Shown here: positions 25,104-37,100 of the stretch, one piece after another
Position numbering within the stretch: the first letter of the stretch is position 1
Layout: each line of letters opens with the position of its first letter
Source: Lingula anatina
Taxonomy: Eukaryota > Animalia > Brachiopoda
DNA: 64,000 nucleotides
Direction of reading: 5' to 3'
Assembly (NCBI GenBank): GCA_051362555.1
Contig: CM120640.1
Location: forward strand, 11,408,001 to 11,472,000
Position numbers and translations under genes: made by a program
The notes under the pieces: model-generated
Database searches by the model: none
What the model was told of the DNA's origin: nothing
Seen by the model: the letters and a program-made list of their open reading frames with translations, nothing else

Positions 25104-28100
25104 ATGTCGAAATACGTGAAAGTAGACCAACATTTACGTGATAGTGTCAACAGTGAAGCCGGTAAGTATTTTTGACTGGAGCATACTACCTGTAGCTACT
25201 GGAGTACATGTACATTTATGGATCGAGCTTCGGCAACGTTAATTTAGAAAGAGCTGAGATTAGCATTTTTTGTGATATTTTTCCATTTTCGTCCTTGAGG
25301 AAAGAATTTATTGTACCACCAGCGTAGGCGCTGGCGGTACCCATGGTTTTAGTCCCGACCCGTATGTTCCGCCGGCTCCGCCGGCTCCTGCGGCTCCGCC
25401 GGCTCCTGCGGCTCCGCCGCCAAGTCACCGTTACCGCTTCTCCTCCTAGACGGTAAGGGCCCCTGTACCCATCTCTTGGATTTAGGTCACCTATAATCTC
25501 AACTCGTTCCACGTAAAATTTGGGCTTTGTCGGTATTGGGGTCTAGGTGTGGCACTCATTGCAATGCACCCTTGTCTAAAAATGGCAAAATTAAATGCTA
25601 ATTATCTACCCTACGGAAGGAGTTATGGGAAAAATTTCTACAGACAGCTTTCCAAAAGTCATATGTGTAGATTTCAAATATGCCCTTGGATTTGACCTTT
25701 GACCTTTATTTCAAGGTCAAACGGGCCAAAATTTTCAAAAAAATGAAATTTTTTACGAAAAAAAATTTTTTTTCCCTGTTATTCAGATACCACACAGACT
25801 TAACCAATAATATTATTGGAAAGTGTAACCCTTCGGGTCATCTTTCATCTCCGTGAATTTGGGGTCAATCGGTGCATTTTCACGGGAGTAGCAGCCATAA
25901 AGTACCGAAACTGAAAACTGTCTCTAATTCGGGAACCGTTAATGCTAGAGACCCATTCTTTTTTTGCATTTTGTAGAGCATGTAAAGCCCAACACTGGAG
26001 GTGGTCTCCATTTTTTTGTATTCCATACGGTTTTCAAGTTACGCTGTATCAAAAAGTACATATTGGTGGTGAAAGCAAAATGTGCAGTACGGTAATGGAT
26101 AATAAATTTTGAACTCTGGAAAAATAATACATAAGGCTTGGCAAAGCAGACAACTTGTGGTCAAAAATGACATTATTTCATCAAATTTGAACTTCTGGAA
26201 CTTCAGAGCACCTCCTATTTTAAGAATTTTGACCAAAATTATGTTTTCTTTATTTTAATTAATCTTTTCTGTAGGAAATTTATGGCACATTATGGTAACT
26301 CCAAAATTATAACATTTAGTCCCTTATATCTCCAAAACTGGCAGAGATAGGTCCATAGTTACTATTGAAGTTGAATAGGAAGTCATATACTGGCAATCCA
26401 AATGTGACCTTGAAATTGACCTTTGACCTACTTTTCACCATGAACTGAACTTTGCAAATTTTGCTTCCCTTTTATCTCCAAAACTGGCAGAGATATGTCC
26501 ATAGTTTCTATTGAACTTGAATAGGAAGTCATATACTGGCAATCTTAATGTGAACTTAAAATTGACCTTTGACCTACTTTTCACCATGAACTGAACTTTG
26601 CAAATTTTGCTTCCCTTTTATCTCCAAAACTGGCACAGATTGGTCCATGGTTACTGTTGAACTTGAATAGGAAGTCATATACTGGCAATCTAAATGTGAC
26701 CTTAAAATTGACCTTTGACCTATTTTTCACCATGAATTGAACTTTGCAAATTTTGCTTCCCTTATATCTCCAAAACTGGCAAAGATAGGTCCATAGTTTT
26801 TATTGAACTTGAATGGGAAGTCATATACTGGCAATCTAAATGTGACCTTAAAATTGACCTTTGACCTACTTTTCACCATGAAATGAACTTTGCAAATTTT
26901 GCTTCCCTTTTATCTCCAAAACTGGCAGAGATAGGTCCATGGTTACTGTTGAACTTGAATAGGAAGTCATATACTGGCAATCTAAATGTGACCTTAAAAT
27001 TGACCTTTGACCTACTTTTCACCATGAACTGAACTTTTCAAATTTTGCTTCCCTTTTATCTCTAAAGTTACACTGTATCAAAAAATACATATTGGTGGTG
27101 AAAGCAAAATGTGCAGTACGGTAATGGATAATAAATTTTGAACTCCAGAAAAATAATACATAAGGCTTGGCAAAGCAGACAACTTGTGGTCAAAAATGAC
27201 ATTATTTCACGAAATTTGAACACCTGGAACTTCAGAGCACCTCCCATTCCAAAAATTTTGACCAAAATGACCTTTTCTTTATTTTAATTAATTTTTTCTT
27301 TAGGAAATTTATGGCACATTATGGTAACTCCAAAATTATAACATTTAGTCCCTTTTATCTGCAAAACTGGCAGAGATAGGTCCATAGATACTATTGAACT
27401 TGAATAGAAAGTAATATACTGGCAATCTTACTGTGACCTTGAAATTGACATTTGACCTATTTTTCACCATGAACTGAACTTTGGAAATTTTGCTTCCCTT
27501 TTATCTCCAAAACTGGCAGAGATAGGTCCATAGTTACTACTGAACTTGAATAGGAAGTCAAATACTGGCAATCTTACTGTGACCTTGAAATTGACCTTTG
27601 ACCTACTTTTCACCATGAACTGAATTTTGCAAGTTTTGGTTCCCTTTTACCTCCAAAACTAGCGAGATAGGTCCATAGTTACTATTGAAATTGAATAGGA
27701 AGTCATATACTGGCAATCTAAGTGTGACCTTTAAATTGACCTTTGATCTACTTATTATCATGAACTGAACTCTGCTAATTTCTTTCTCTTTTAACTCCAA
27801 ACCTGGCAGAGATAGGTCCATAGTTACTATTGAACTTGAATAGGAAGTCATATACTGGCAATTTACTGTGACCTTGAAAATGACCTTTCACCTACCTTAC
27901 GATGAACTTAAATTTGATTGTACCATTTTTAGTTTCATATATTTTTTGCATATATTGAAAATTCTTGTTGATTGCATGTTTACAGCTTGTCAAGCAGAAG
28001 ACTGGTGGCTGTGTCCCTTATTTTGTGTATGTGGGGGTCTATACGAATGCGATTGCTCCAGCTGGTGGTACAATATTCGGAGGCGGTATTGCCTCTCTGA

Positions 28101-30490
28101 TCCTCTAGTTCTAGATTTGTTTCAACTGCATTTCAGTGATATATACTGGTATTTTTTTGTTGTAAAGTAGAAATTATCTACTAATTTTGCCGTAAATTTG
28201 AAATAATCCGGCAGGACTCGCCATACCTGTCATACGTACTTTTGGCGTCACTTGCCCGGTGCAAGTGGGTTCTGGCGTTAGGCAACCAGAATTTATGTCG
28301 TTTTTGCCTGCAAACGCAAGTCACTTTCTCATGAATCATTTGTCCGACGTACATGAAAATTCAGTGTTTTCCTTGTATAATTTCCATCATCTACCAGTAA
28401 AGAAAATCTGATCAAAACATTACTTGGGTTCTCCATGCACTTTGTCTCATCACCCATCTTGATCCTATCACTGTGCCACCTTATATGAACAACCTTTTAA
28501 TTCTACTTTATTAATATGCAGGGTGTTCTCCAGCATGCTCTGTGACCAGTTTGTCCACTGAACATCTTTTTTATCTTGGCTATTTTTTGTTTATGTCATA
28601 AATTCAGGAAATTCTTTTTGGTGGGTAAACTTACGAAAAAAGTTCTATAGGATCCTTTCAGATCCTATAGGAAATTGACCCAATTTCCTATAGGCTCCTA
28701 TAGGATCTTATAGGATCCTATAGGAATTTTTGTTAGGGAATCCTGTGGAGAGGACCTTTAACATTAAAGAAATGTAGACACTTCATTATTTGCTATTATG
28801 TGGAAACTGAGATGAGAATCTTCTGCTCTTCTACTAGTATTGCTTTGAAGCATGCTAACAGTGAAATCTTTCTATTCCCCTGTGACATATACCACTAATA
28901 ATGCAACAAAACAATATAAGCAAAAAAAAAAAAAAAAAATTGAGACTCCCTTTTATTCGATTTTTGTACCACTTTCAATTTGATAGCTTAGTTCTAAACA
29001 AATTCAGATTTATTTAGATTGTCTTCCTGACATTTCTGTGGGAAATATTGACATGTAATTAGGTACTTCTAATTGAGGGGTTTTATCATCTTTTATTGGT
29101 TTTTCATTTGAATTATAAAAGAGAAGGAGCAGGATTATTAAACAAAAATGTATGACTTGGGATTATTTTAGAATGCATAATATATAGTACTCCTTAGCAT
29201 ATTATGAAGAGTTGAAAAATATTATTTTGTTTATTGACTTGTTACGTGTAAGTATGTATGGTTTATTTGTAGTTATTTTGTTTATGATCTTAATTGATTA
29301 ATTTTGTTATTTTTATTTTTATGTTGCCTGGTGAGCCTTTTGTACAAATTATTATAACGCAGTATATAATAGTAATTTTTTTCTCTCTATATAGATTCGG
29401 TTGAAGATGATTTTTTGATTGGTGTCCATCTATGTAACAAGGAACGTTCACCAGGGACTATTCCGTATGCAGGGGCTCACACAAGGAAGGTCACAAATGC
29501 TGGACAGCCTGATGGTGTATGTCTTGGAATATTAATCACAAAGCCCTCAGAACTTACAAGCATTGCACGCCTTCGTACCCTGATATGTAACCAAATCAGC
29601 CCTTTGCCTGTGGCATTCAAGTTCCAAACAAAACAAGGGTAAGTGGTTTTCAGTAACAATATAATTGAATAGTTTTTTTAGACCTTAATATAAATAAGCA
29701 CACAAATAACATCATGCGAAGTATGTACTAGTATACATTGATGTTAATTAAGTTAAGTAGACTTTAAGTTTTGGCTGTAAATAACACTCCTAGCTGAAGC
29801 TATTATGAAGAACTATGCTCTTAAAATCTTTGTATTTGAAAATAAAAATGTGTCACAACTTGGAAAATGTGTTAAGTACCTCTGTCAGGGGAGTGGTTGA
29901 TGGAGATGGATTTAATGCTTCACTTCATAAGCAACATTTATTATAACAGTGGGAAAATTGGAGGTCTGAAGATATTGACCTCTTGTTTCTGGCCCATAAC
30001 TGTAACACAATGCATGTATATATGATGAGGTGATTACTTCGTTTTTTTTCTAATTTTCATTTAGATACTTCTCGTATCAAACATTCCAATCTGTATTTTT
30101 TGATGACGTACCCTTTATAACCAAAGAAAAACTCAATAAATTTATTTTATAGATTTGGTTGAAATCTAATTTTTAGATGGCCAGTATTGCGGAATCAAGA
30201 GGCAGATATTGCAGCAAAGAAGGTTATATCCCAAAGAAATACTGTGGTCATAGAAAGGTGCTTTGGTAGGTAATGAATGAAATATGAAAACTTATCCCCC
30301 CTTCCCCCAGAGAGTATGGTATAATGGTATAATTTGATCTATTTTACCAATAATGGATGGCAATCATTTTGTAGCCTTGGAATGATCACTTTTCTTTTTT
30401 TATGATTTTACAGAAAGACTATCACTATAAGTCAAGCTTTGATATGTCAAAGTACAAAATTATATTTAAATTAGATTTCTAGATGGCCAA

Positions 30491-30556
<66 letters not shown>

Positions 30557-33500
30557 CCAAGCCAAGGATAGGTATACAGATGTTAAATGGCTACTCATTA
30601 GGATTTGTATTTATTGATTTAAAGAGCAGCCTAAGATGTTTGAGGCTTGAAATGTCATCACAGGTAATTTTTCTCCTGATATTTTGCATAAGTTCACATA
30701 CCTGGCAATGCTATGTGCTAAAACAATTACTAGTAAAAACTTGTGTTTTGAGTCAGTTGTACAGGTGTCAAAAAGTTTTGTATTTTTTCAATTGATTTTT
30801 AGTTGAAAAAGGCTCTAGACTACAACTTTTTAAAGTACAGATGCATATTGACAGTAAACCAGTTTTCATGTGATGATCATTTGGTGTATGGTTTGTAAAT
30901 AATTATTTTTTTTCACTAGATGGAAGGTTTTCAAAACATCCAGTTTTTAGATGGGAATGGCTGGCCAATTACTCTACAGCAGGAAAACCAGCTAAATGTG
31001 CTTGATATTCTTACTGATTCTCATATCACTGTCCATCAGCAGAGATCCCTGGAATCGATGCTTAGTAATTGTTCAGAGGAGAGCAGTTCATACCAGTACT
31101 TGCTTGATGTCCCCTTAAAAAAGAAAAAGAAAGGGTAAGTCCATGTATGTGTTGGTTTATACTGTTGTTATGTACAGCCTTTTACATATACATATGGGAT
31201 GAATGTCCTAAACTTATATAATTTTGTACGTTTAATTCAAGCGTGGGCTCGAAATAGGACATTACGTTTTAGACTTACTTAGTGGATAACGCAATCCAAA
31301 GATTCCATGGTTTGTGTCAGATTTCGGTGAGGTTGCACAAAGAAAACCCAAGTCCACATAATGACCAGTTAAATGGTTTATTGGTTGACGCTCTCCAACT
31401 ACATCATCTACGTCAAGTCTCCAACTTCTAAGCCGTCTCCCATGGTTCTGTCGAGCGGTCTCTTTCGAGTCTCTCTCCGATATTAATTCTGAACGTCTTT
31501 TATGCATATTTCTTATCAAAGGTGGATTCTGTGCTGCATTATTTGGCGGTGTTCACTGATTTTAATTACGCAAATTGCACACAGCCACTTACGTTGCATA
31601 ATTACAGGTAAGGCCATAAAACGAGTCGAGTGCACAAGCAAGCGACTCCAATCAAATTAATTAACAAGTCTGGAGATAATATTTGTGAACTGAACACCGT
31701 GCATCCATCCCATATTTGAAAACACTTTGAAGTGAGTATATGTGTGTTTACATGCATGTGCATGCATGGGTTTGTGCATTCATGTGTGTTTGAGGATGAG
31801 AAACGAAACTCTTGCTCAGTTTATCTATAGTTGGTTTTTGTGTGATGCCATATGCAGCAACTTTAACTGAACCCAGCTGGCTGACAAAATGGGGGGCTGG
31901 GCGGGCCAGGTGCCAAGAATAATATGCAGTCATATGAAAAATCTTGAGTTCAAATTCCACCAATATTTCATTGAACATTTTAGAGCCCTACAGATGTTCC
32001 TTTACGTATTGATCCTTTAGGTATTGGTTCTTATTTACCTGCTCTTATAAATTATTGTTCTAAAAGCAAATTTTGGCTATGCTGCTCTGAATTAGCTGCG
32101 TATTTAATCATTTGCTACTTAGTTTTCCCAATTTATGCAGATAAATGTGCAAACCATCTGTATGAAAAAAATGATTAAATTTCTAATAATAAGTTAGGTA
32201 TAACCTCTAGGATGTACCCTAGGTTCTAGATTCCGGTATTGCCAGCTCGATCTTGATTTCATATATAACCCATAGTAGCAATACTAGTAAAAGCGACTCC
32301 ACCACAAGGTATATTTAGCAAGCTAGCTTTTACGTTGCTCTGACACTCAGGGTACTAGGATGTGAACTCCTAGGACATTCAAATACATAGAAAGGGTCAC
32401 TAAAATCAGGGTATTCAGAAGATTAACAACTGGTCTATATTTTATGGGCATATATATATATATTTTTGGGCTGAAAAAAGTTTAAAAAAAACATATGTAC
32501 ATATTATTTTCTGGCCCGTAGCCAGCAATTTCAAAAGGGGGTTCTTTTTCTGAAAAAGTGGACCTTTTACCATGAAACCTTCATGTACCTAGATAAAATT
32601 TTACCCAGAAGGGACCTTTTCTCCGCAAAGGGGGGGTTCTTTCGAACATTTTTGACATTTGAAAAGAGACAAAGGGTAAGGTCTCATCAACGTATTCAAC
32701 ATTATTTTGGTTTGGGAATTCACCCCCATTGAACTTTATACTGACATAAGCATGTGCATGTATAAATTTATCTGTGTATCACATCCATTTTGTTTGTATA
32801 TTTTTCTATGAAGATTGTAAGAAGAGGGTTTTCTGAAAAGTAAGAAATTTATAGTGTTTGCAGTGAAGCCCATCATCTATTGTTGTCCAGAAAAAGCTTG
32901 ATACACAATATTTGAACAATCAGTATATACTAGTATAGCACAAGCACCCAAATCCAAATGCAGCATTCTCAGTGCATACGCCTCAAGTTAGACTTGTAAA
33001 CTGTACTGTAAATTGAAACTTCATAGTATTTACATAATAAAGTAACTAGTAGCACCTGTTATTTTTACATTATATTGGGTGAAAATTTCTGAATCCTATA
33101 ATAGCCTCAGAACCTAAGGCAAACTGTGAGCTAGAGCTAACTGAATGGGTTATGATAAATCACTTTGAAGCTGGAGCGGAAACATTGAGATCATGAATCG
33201 GTTTTTACAAATGATTGAGTATCACATTAAATGCTTAAAATACCATGATAATTCTGCTTCAAGCAATTGAATAGTTTGCAGGTCATTATGTTCCAGGAAC
33301 CTCAGGGCAATATTCTGGATTAATTTTATATCAGGGAACACTTTATTACTGCTTATTCTGAAAGCATACATACTCACCTTTTTCAAAAGAGTTTTGAGGT
33401 CAGGACGGGTGCTTTTTTGATCATTTAAAATAATTTCATCAATGTTTTGCTAATTTTGTTTTTCTAAAATGATATAACAGTTAGATTTCTTTATTTTTCA

Positions 33501-34141
33501 CTTATTCATTCATTTTCATTGGAAATAATGATGTTTTCACATTTCATATTTTCACACTGTTTTTAGACAAAAGATGACAAACCAGTTGACCTATCAGAAC
33601 AGCAAAGATGAAGCTCGTCGCGTCTGTGATATCGACCACATGGATGGAAATGCATCTGTAGCATCCAAACAGGTCCTAATAAGTTATGTGCGTGCTGAGG
33701 CTGCACAGCATGCACTACAGCTGAAGGCTGAACTTACAAAGTTTGACTATAGTGTATTTTTGGTAAGATTTTGAGAACACACCAAGCTTGATAACATATA
33801 CAAATCTAATTAAACCATCATTTCATTTATTAAGTGTTATTTTTTCCTGAAGTTAAACTTTTTTCTTTGATTTTGGCATTATATGAGACTGAGTTTGCCA
33901 AAATATTGATTACGTAGTATAGTTTGTATTTACAAAAATGGAAGCTCACAAAAATAAATAGTAAAAACTGAAATCTAAGATGCAGAGAAAAGCAAATTGA
34001 TTATTGTATGTGCCCACTAAATTTCATTTCACATTCATTTTATAGTTGATGTTATTTGAATGTCAGGAAATAAATTTCCTGCCATTTAAAATTTCCTCGC
34101 AGTTCCTGATTAAACTATCGTTTATTTAAACCTCCAGTTCA

Positions 34142-34180
<39 letters not shown>

Positions 34181-37100
34181 GTTTCTTGCTCTATTTCTCG
34201 TTTTCAGGATGTTCATGAAATAAAGTTTGGAGTGGATTGGCAGGACTCCCTAAATGATGCTGTCAGTAATTGTGAGGTCTTTATCCCACTTATTACACCT
34301 AGGTATGGGGAGACCCAGTGGACTAACAGAGAGGTAAGAATATCTTTAAAGGCTTTTGGCCAATTAAATGACACAGAATAATCAATAAAATTGATTTAGC
34401 ATTTGCATTGCTTTTTCTTTGATGTCCAATGTCAAAATCACTGTATTAGTTCATTCAAAATAATTAATCCAATTATGTTTTTCAGAAAAAAATGAATTTT
34501 TGTTATGTACATGATTCATCACAAAAAAGAAAAAAATAGTTTGTGACCTCATTCTTTTGAAAACATTTAATGAAGTTTGAATGTTTAAAACATTGTGTTT
34601 CATGTGATTTTAAGCTTATTGTTTTTTTTATACCATATTTTTACCCAAACATATTGAAAATTAGTTCTTGTTGCAAGATTTGTGTAATGGTCAATCCTAT
34701 ATATAGTCCAAGAAATTGGTGCAGAAAAATGGGTGAATTGTGCGTTTTTTACCTACAAGCATGAAATTTGCCACAGTTGTAGATAATGGAATTCTAAGCT
34801 TTTTTGGATATATGGGCATGTCTGAAAATTCCAGTATGGCCGCCAAATCCAATATGGCCGCCACAAATACTCTTTTAAATTAAAACATCTAATATATAGT
34901 CCTAAAATGGTTTAAAATATCATTTTATAGCTGGAAAATATCATGCTATGAATGAATTATCAATATCCGCTTCTACAGGTGTTTGAATTCCAAAATGGCC
35001 TCCAAAAGTAAAATAAGCAGTTTACTTACGCAAAATATGCAGCAGTTTTGTAAAATCATCAAGCACTTACAATTACAAGCATAAAAATTGGCACAGTTAT
35101 GTAGAACATGATTCTAAGCAACTTTGGATATAGGGGCATGTCTGAAAATTCCAATATGGCAGCCAATTTCAATATTGCCCCCAAAATACCCTTTCAAGGT
35201 GAAAGTTATTTGTATAGTCTTTTATAAAAATATCATTTAATGGTAAGAAAATACCATTGTATGTATGAAGTATCAGTATTTGCCACTTAAGGTTTTAAAA
35301 TTCCAAAATGGCCTCCAAAAGTCAGCAGACCACAACTATTGGATTGTAATCACTCGTGAATAGGCATGTGGGCATTGCAAACTACCTGTATAATCAGCAT
35401 ATTCCTACCTGTGCAGGAGCAATTCTACAGAGTTTTTAAAAAACCATCAAGCATGATACATTTATTATGTACTGAAAACAGTCCTTCTTTTGATAAACCA
35501 ACATAAGTACTTTGACTTTTTGCTCTGGATTCTTATTTAGATCAATTCCCAGTTAGCAATCTTCTTATATGGCACTCATGAGTGACTCCCCCTTTCTAAG
35601 AAAAAAAGTATCGTGCAAAATTCATAAAATGTGAAAGAAACACCAGAATAACTTAGCCTTAAAGAGGCAAATATAAAAAACTTGGGGTGTACCAATTTTG
35701 TCTGTTGGTTATGATTCTTCAGCTAGATCAGTGCATGGCGCTTCATCAAATGCTCATAAATATAACAAAAATGACAGCTAATCAAACATACAGGTCTCAC
35801 AATTTGGTGTTTTTCATTGGTAAATCACTAAAAGTGGGGCACATTTGCACTTGATAATGATATGATGTTATCTTGTGCTTCAAAAGTAAATTAGAAAAGC
35901 TTCTTATTTAAAAAAATTGGCTTTAGTACATTCGCAGTAATGGCTACCGAGAATTTAGTGAAAATTTATGAGCAAAGAAATACCTGTACCCCAAACAGAG
36001 GGCAGGTGTTGATACGTGCTGTATCCTAGAGTTGCATTGCAGGCTTCACACTTCGTGCACTAAAAATGAAGCACTGATAGGCGTCAAACTTTGGTTTTCA
36101 TTTGATCATTTGGCAACTTGTTTAGTTACAAACTTATACTTTTAAAAAAACTGAACATGAAAATAAAAGAATTAAAATCCTCCAGACATTTAATACATAC
36201 AAAACTTCAAAAAAACGGTGTATTCTGAGGATTACACCAAGAAATTAGTGCAATATGGACTTTGAAAGGTAAAAATTCATGATATTTCCGGCATCATTGT
36301 CTCTGTGGGACAATCCAGAATGAAGCCATGAGGAGTATTCACTTACCCAGCTAACAAAATCTACCAGGTAGCTCCTAACACATCTGTTTGTAGTTATGTG
36401 TGCAGTTGCTAACTGTGGTGAGGGGAGTCAGAAGCATTGGAAGACTGGTCCTATAAGGGTTCACACTAGTAACCTACATCTACTAATATGCCCTTCCACA
36501 CTTTCATGTTCCTATGGACCGTTATGCATGTAAACTGAGTCAGAAGCATTGGAAGACTGGTCCTATAAGGGTTCACACTAGTAACCTACATCTACTACTA
36601 TGCCCTACCACACTTTCATATTCTTATTGACCCTCATGCATGTAAACTGATGCTTTCTGGTGTTAAAAACGACCAATGCCTCTTGGTATTTTGTTGGGGA
36701 AAGTGGATTACATGTAGAAGCTATAGCTTTAAGGAAATACTGGGAAAGCTGAGGGAAACACAACTACTAGGCACACATTAATGAATGAAAATTATTTAAC
36801 CAAATAAGTAGAAATTTCGGTGTAGCTAGCTGGTATCCTCTGTTGGGATATTGTCTATTTACTAAAGTAAAAGGTTGACCGCCCATAAAATGTGCAACAC
36901 TTACTTGATAAAATAACTTTCGTTAATTTGAAACTTATTTGTGAAAATACCTTGACATTTTCATATCCTTGACATTTATAGAATTGCTGCATGTGGTGTC
37001 ACAACTAGACCAAAAGGAGTCCTGTTCCATTTTTTTATGGTCATTTGGGTCTAAATGTAACTAAAGGAGTGAAAAACCAAAAAAGAGTAAAGACTGTTGT

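Noticed and set aside
25216-25512. Arg/Ser-rich ORF (RRSRRSRR), and its counterpart at 11912-12244
   Set aside because: It is the translation of the 9-bp microsatellite inside the HINE element, with no splice or homology support.
35400-37100. Transposase gene in the core of the foldback element
   Set aside because: There is no ORF of 60 aa or more in the track and no motif I can recognise with confidence.
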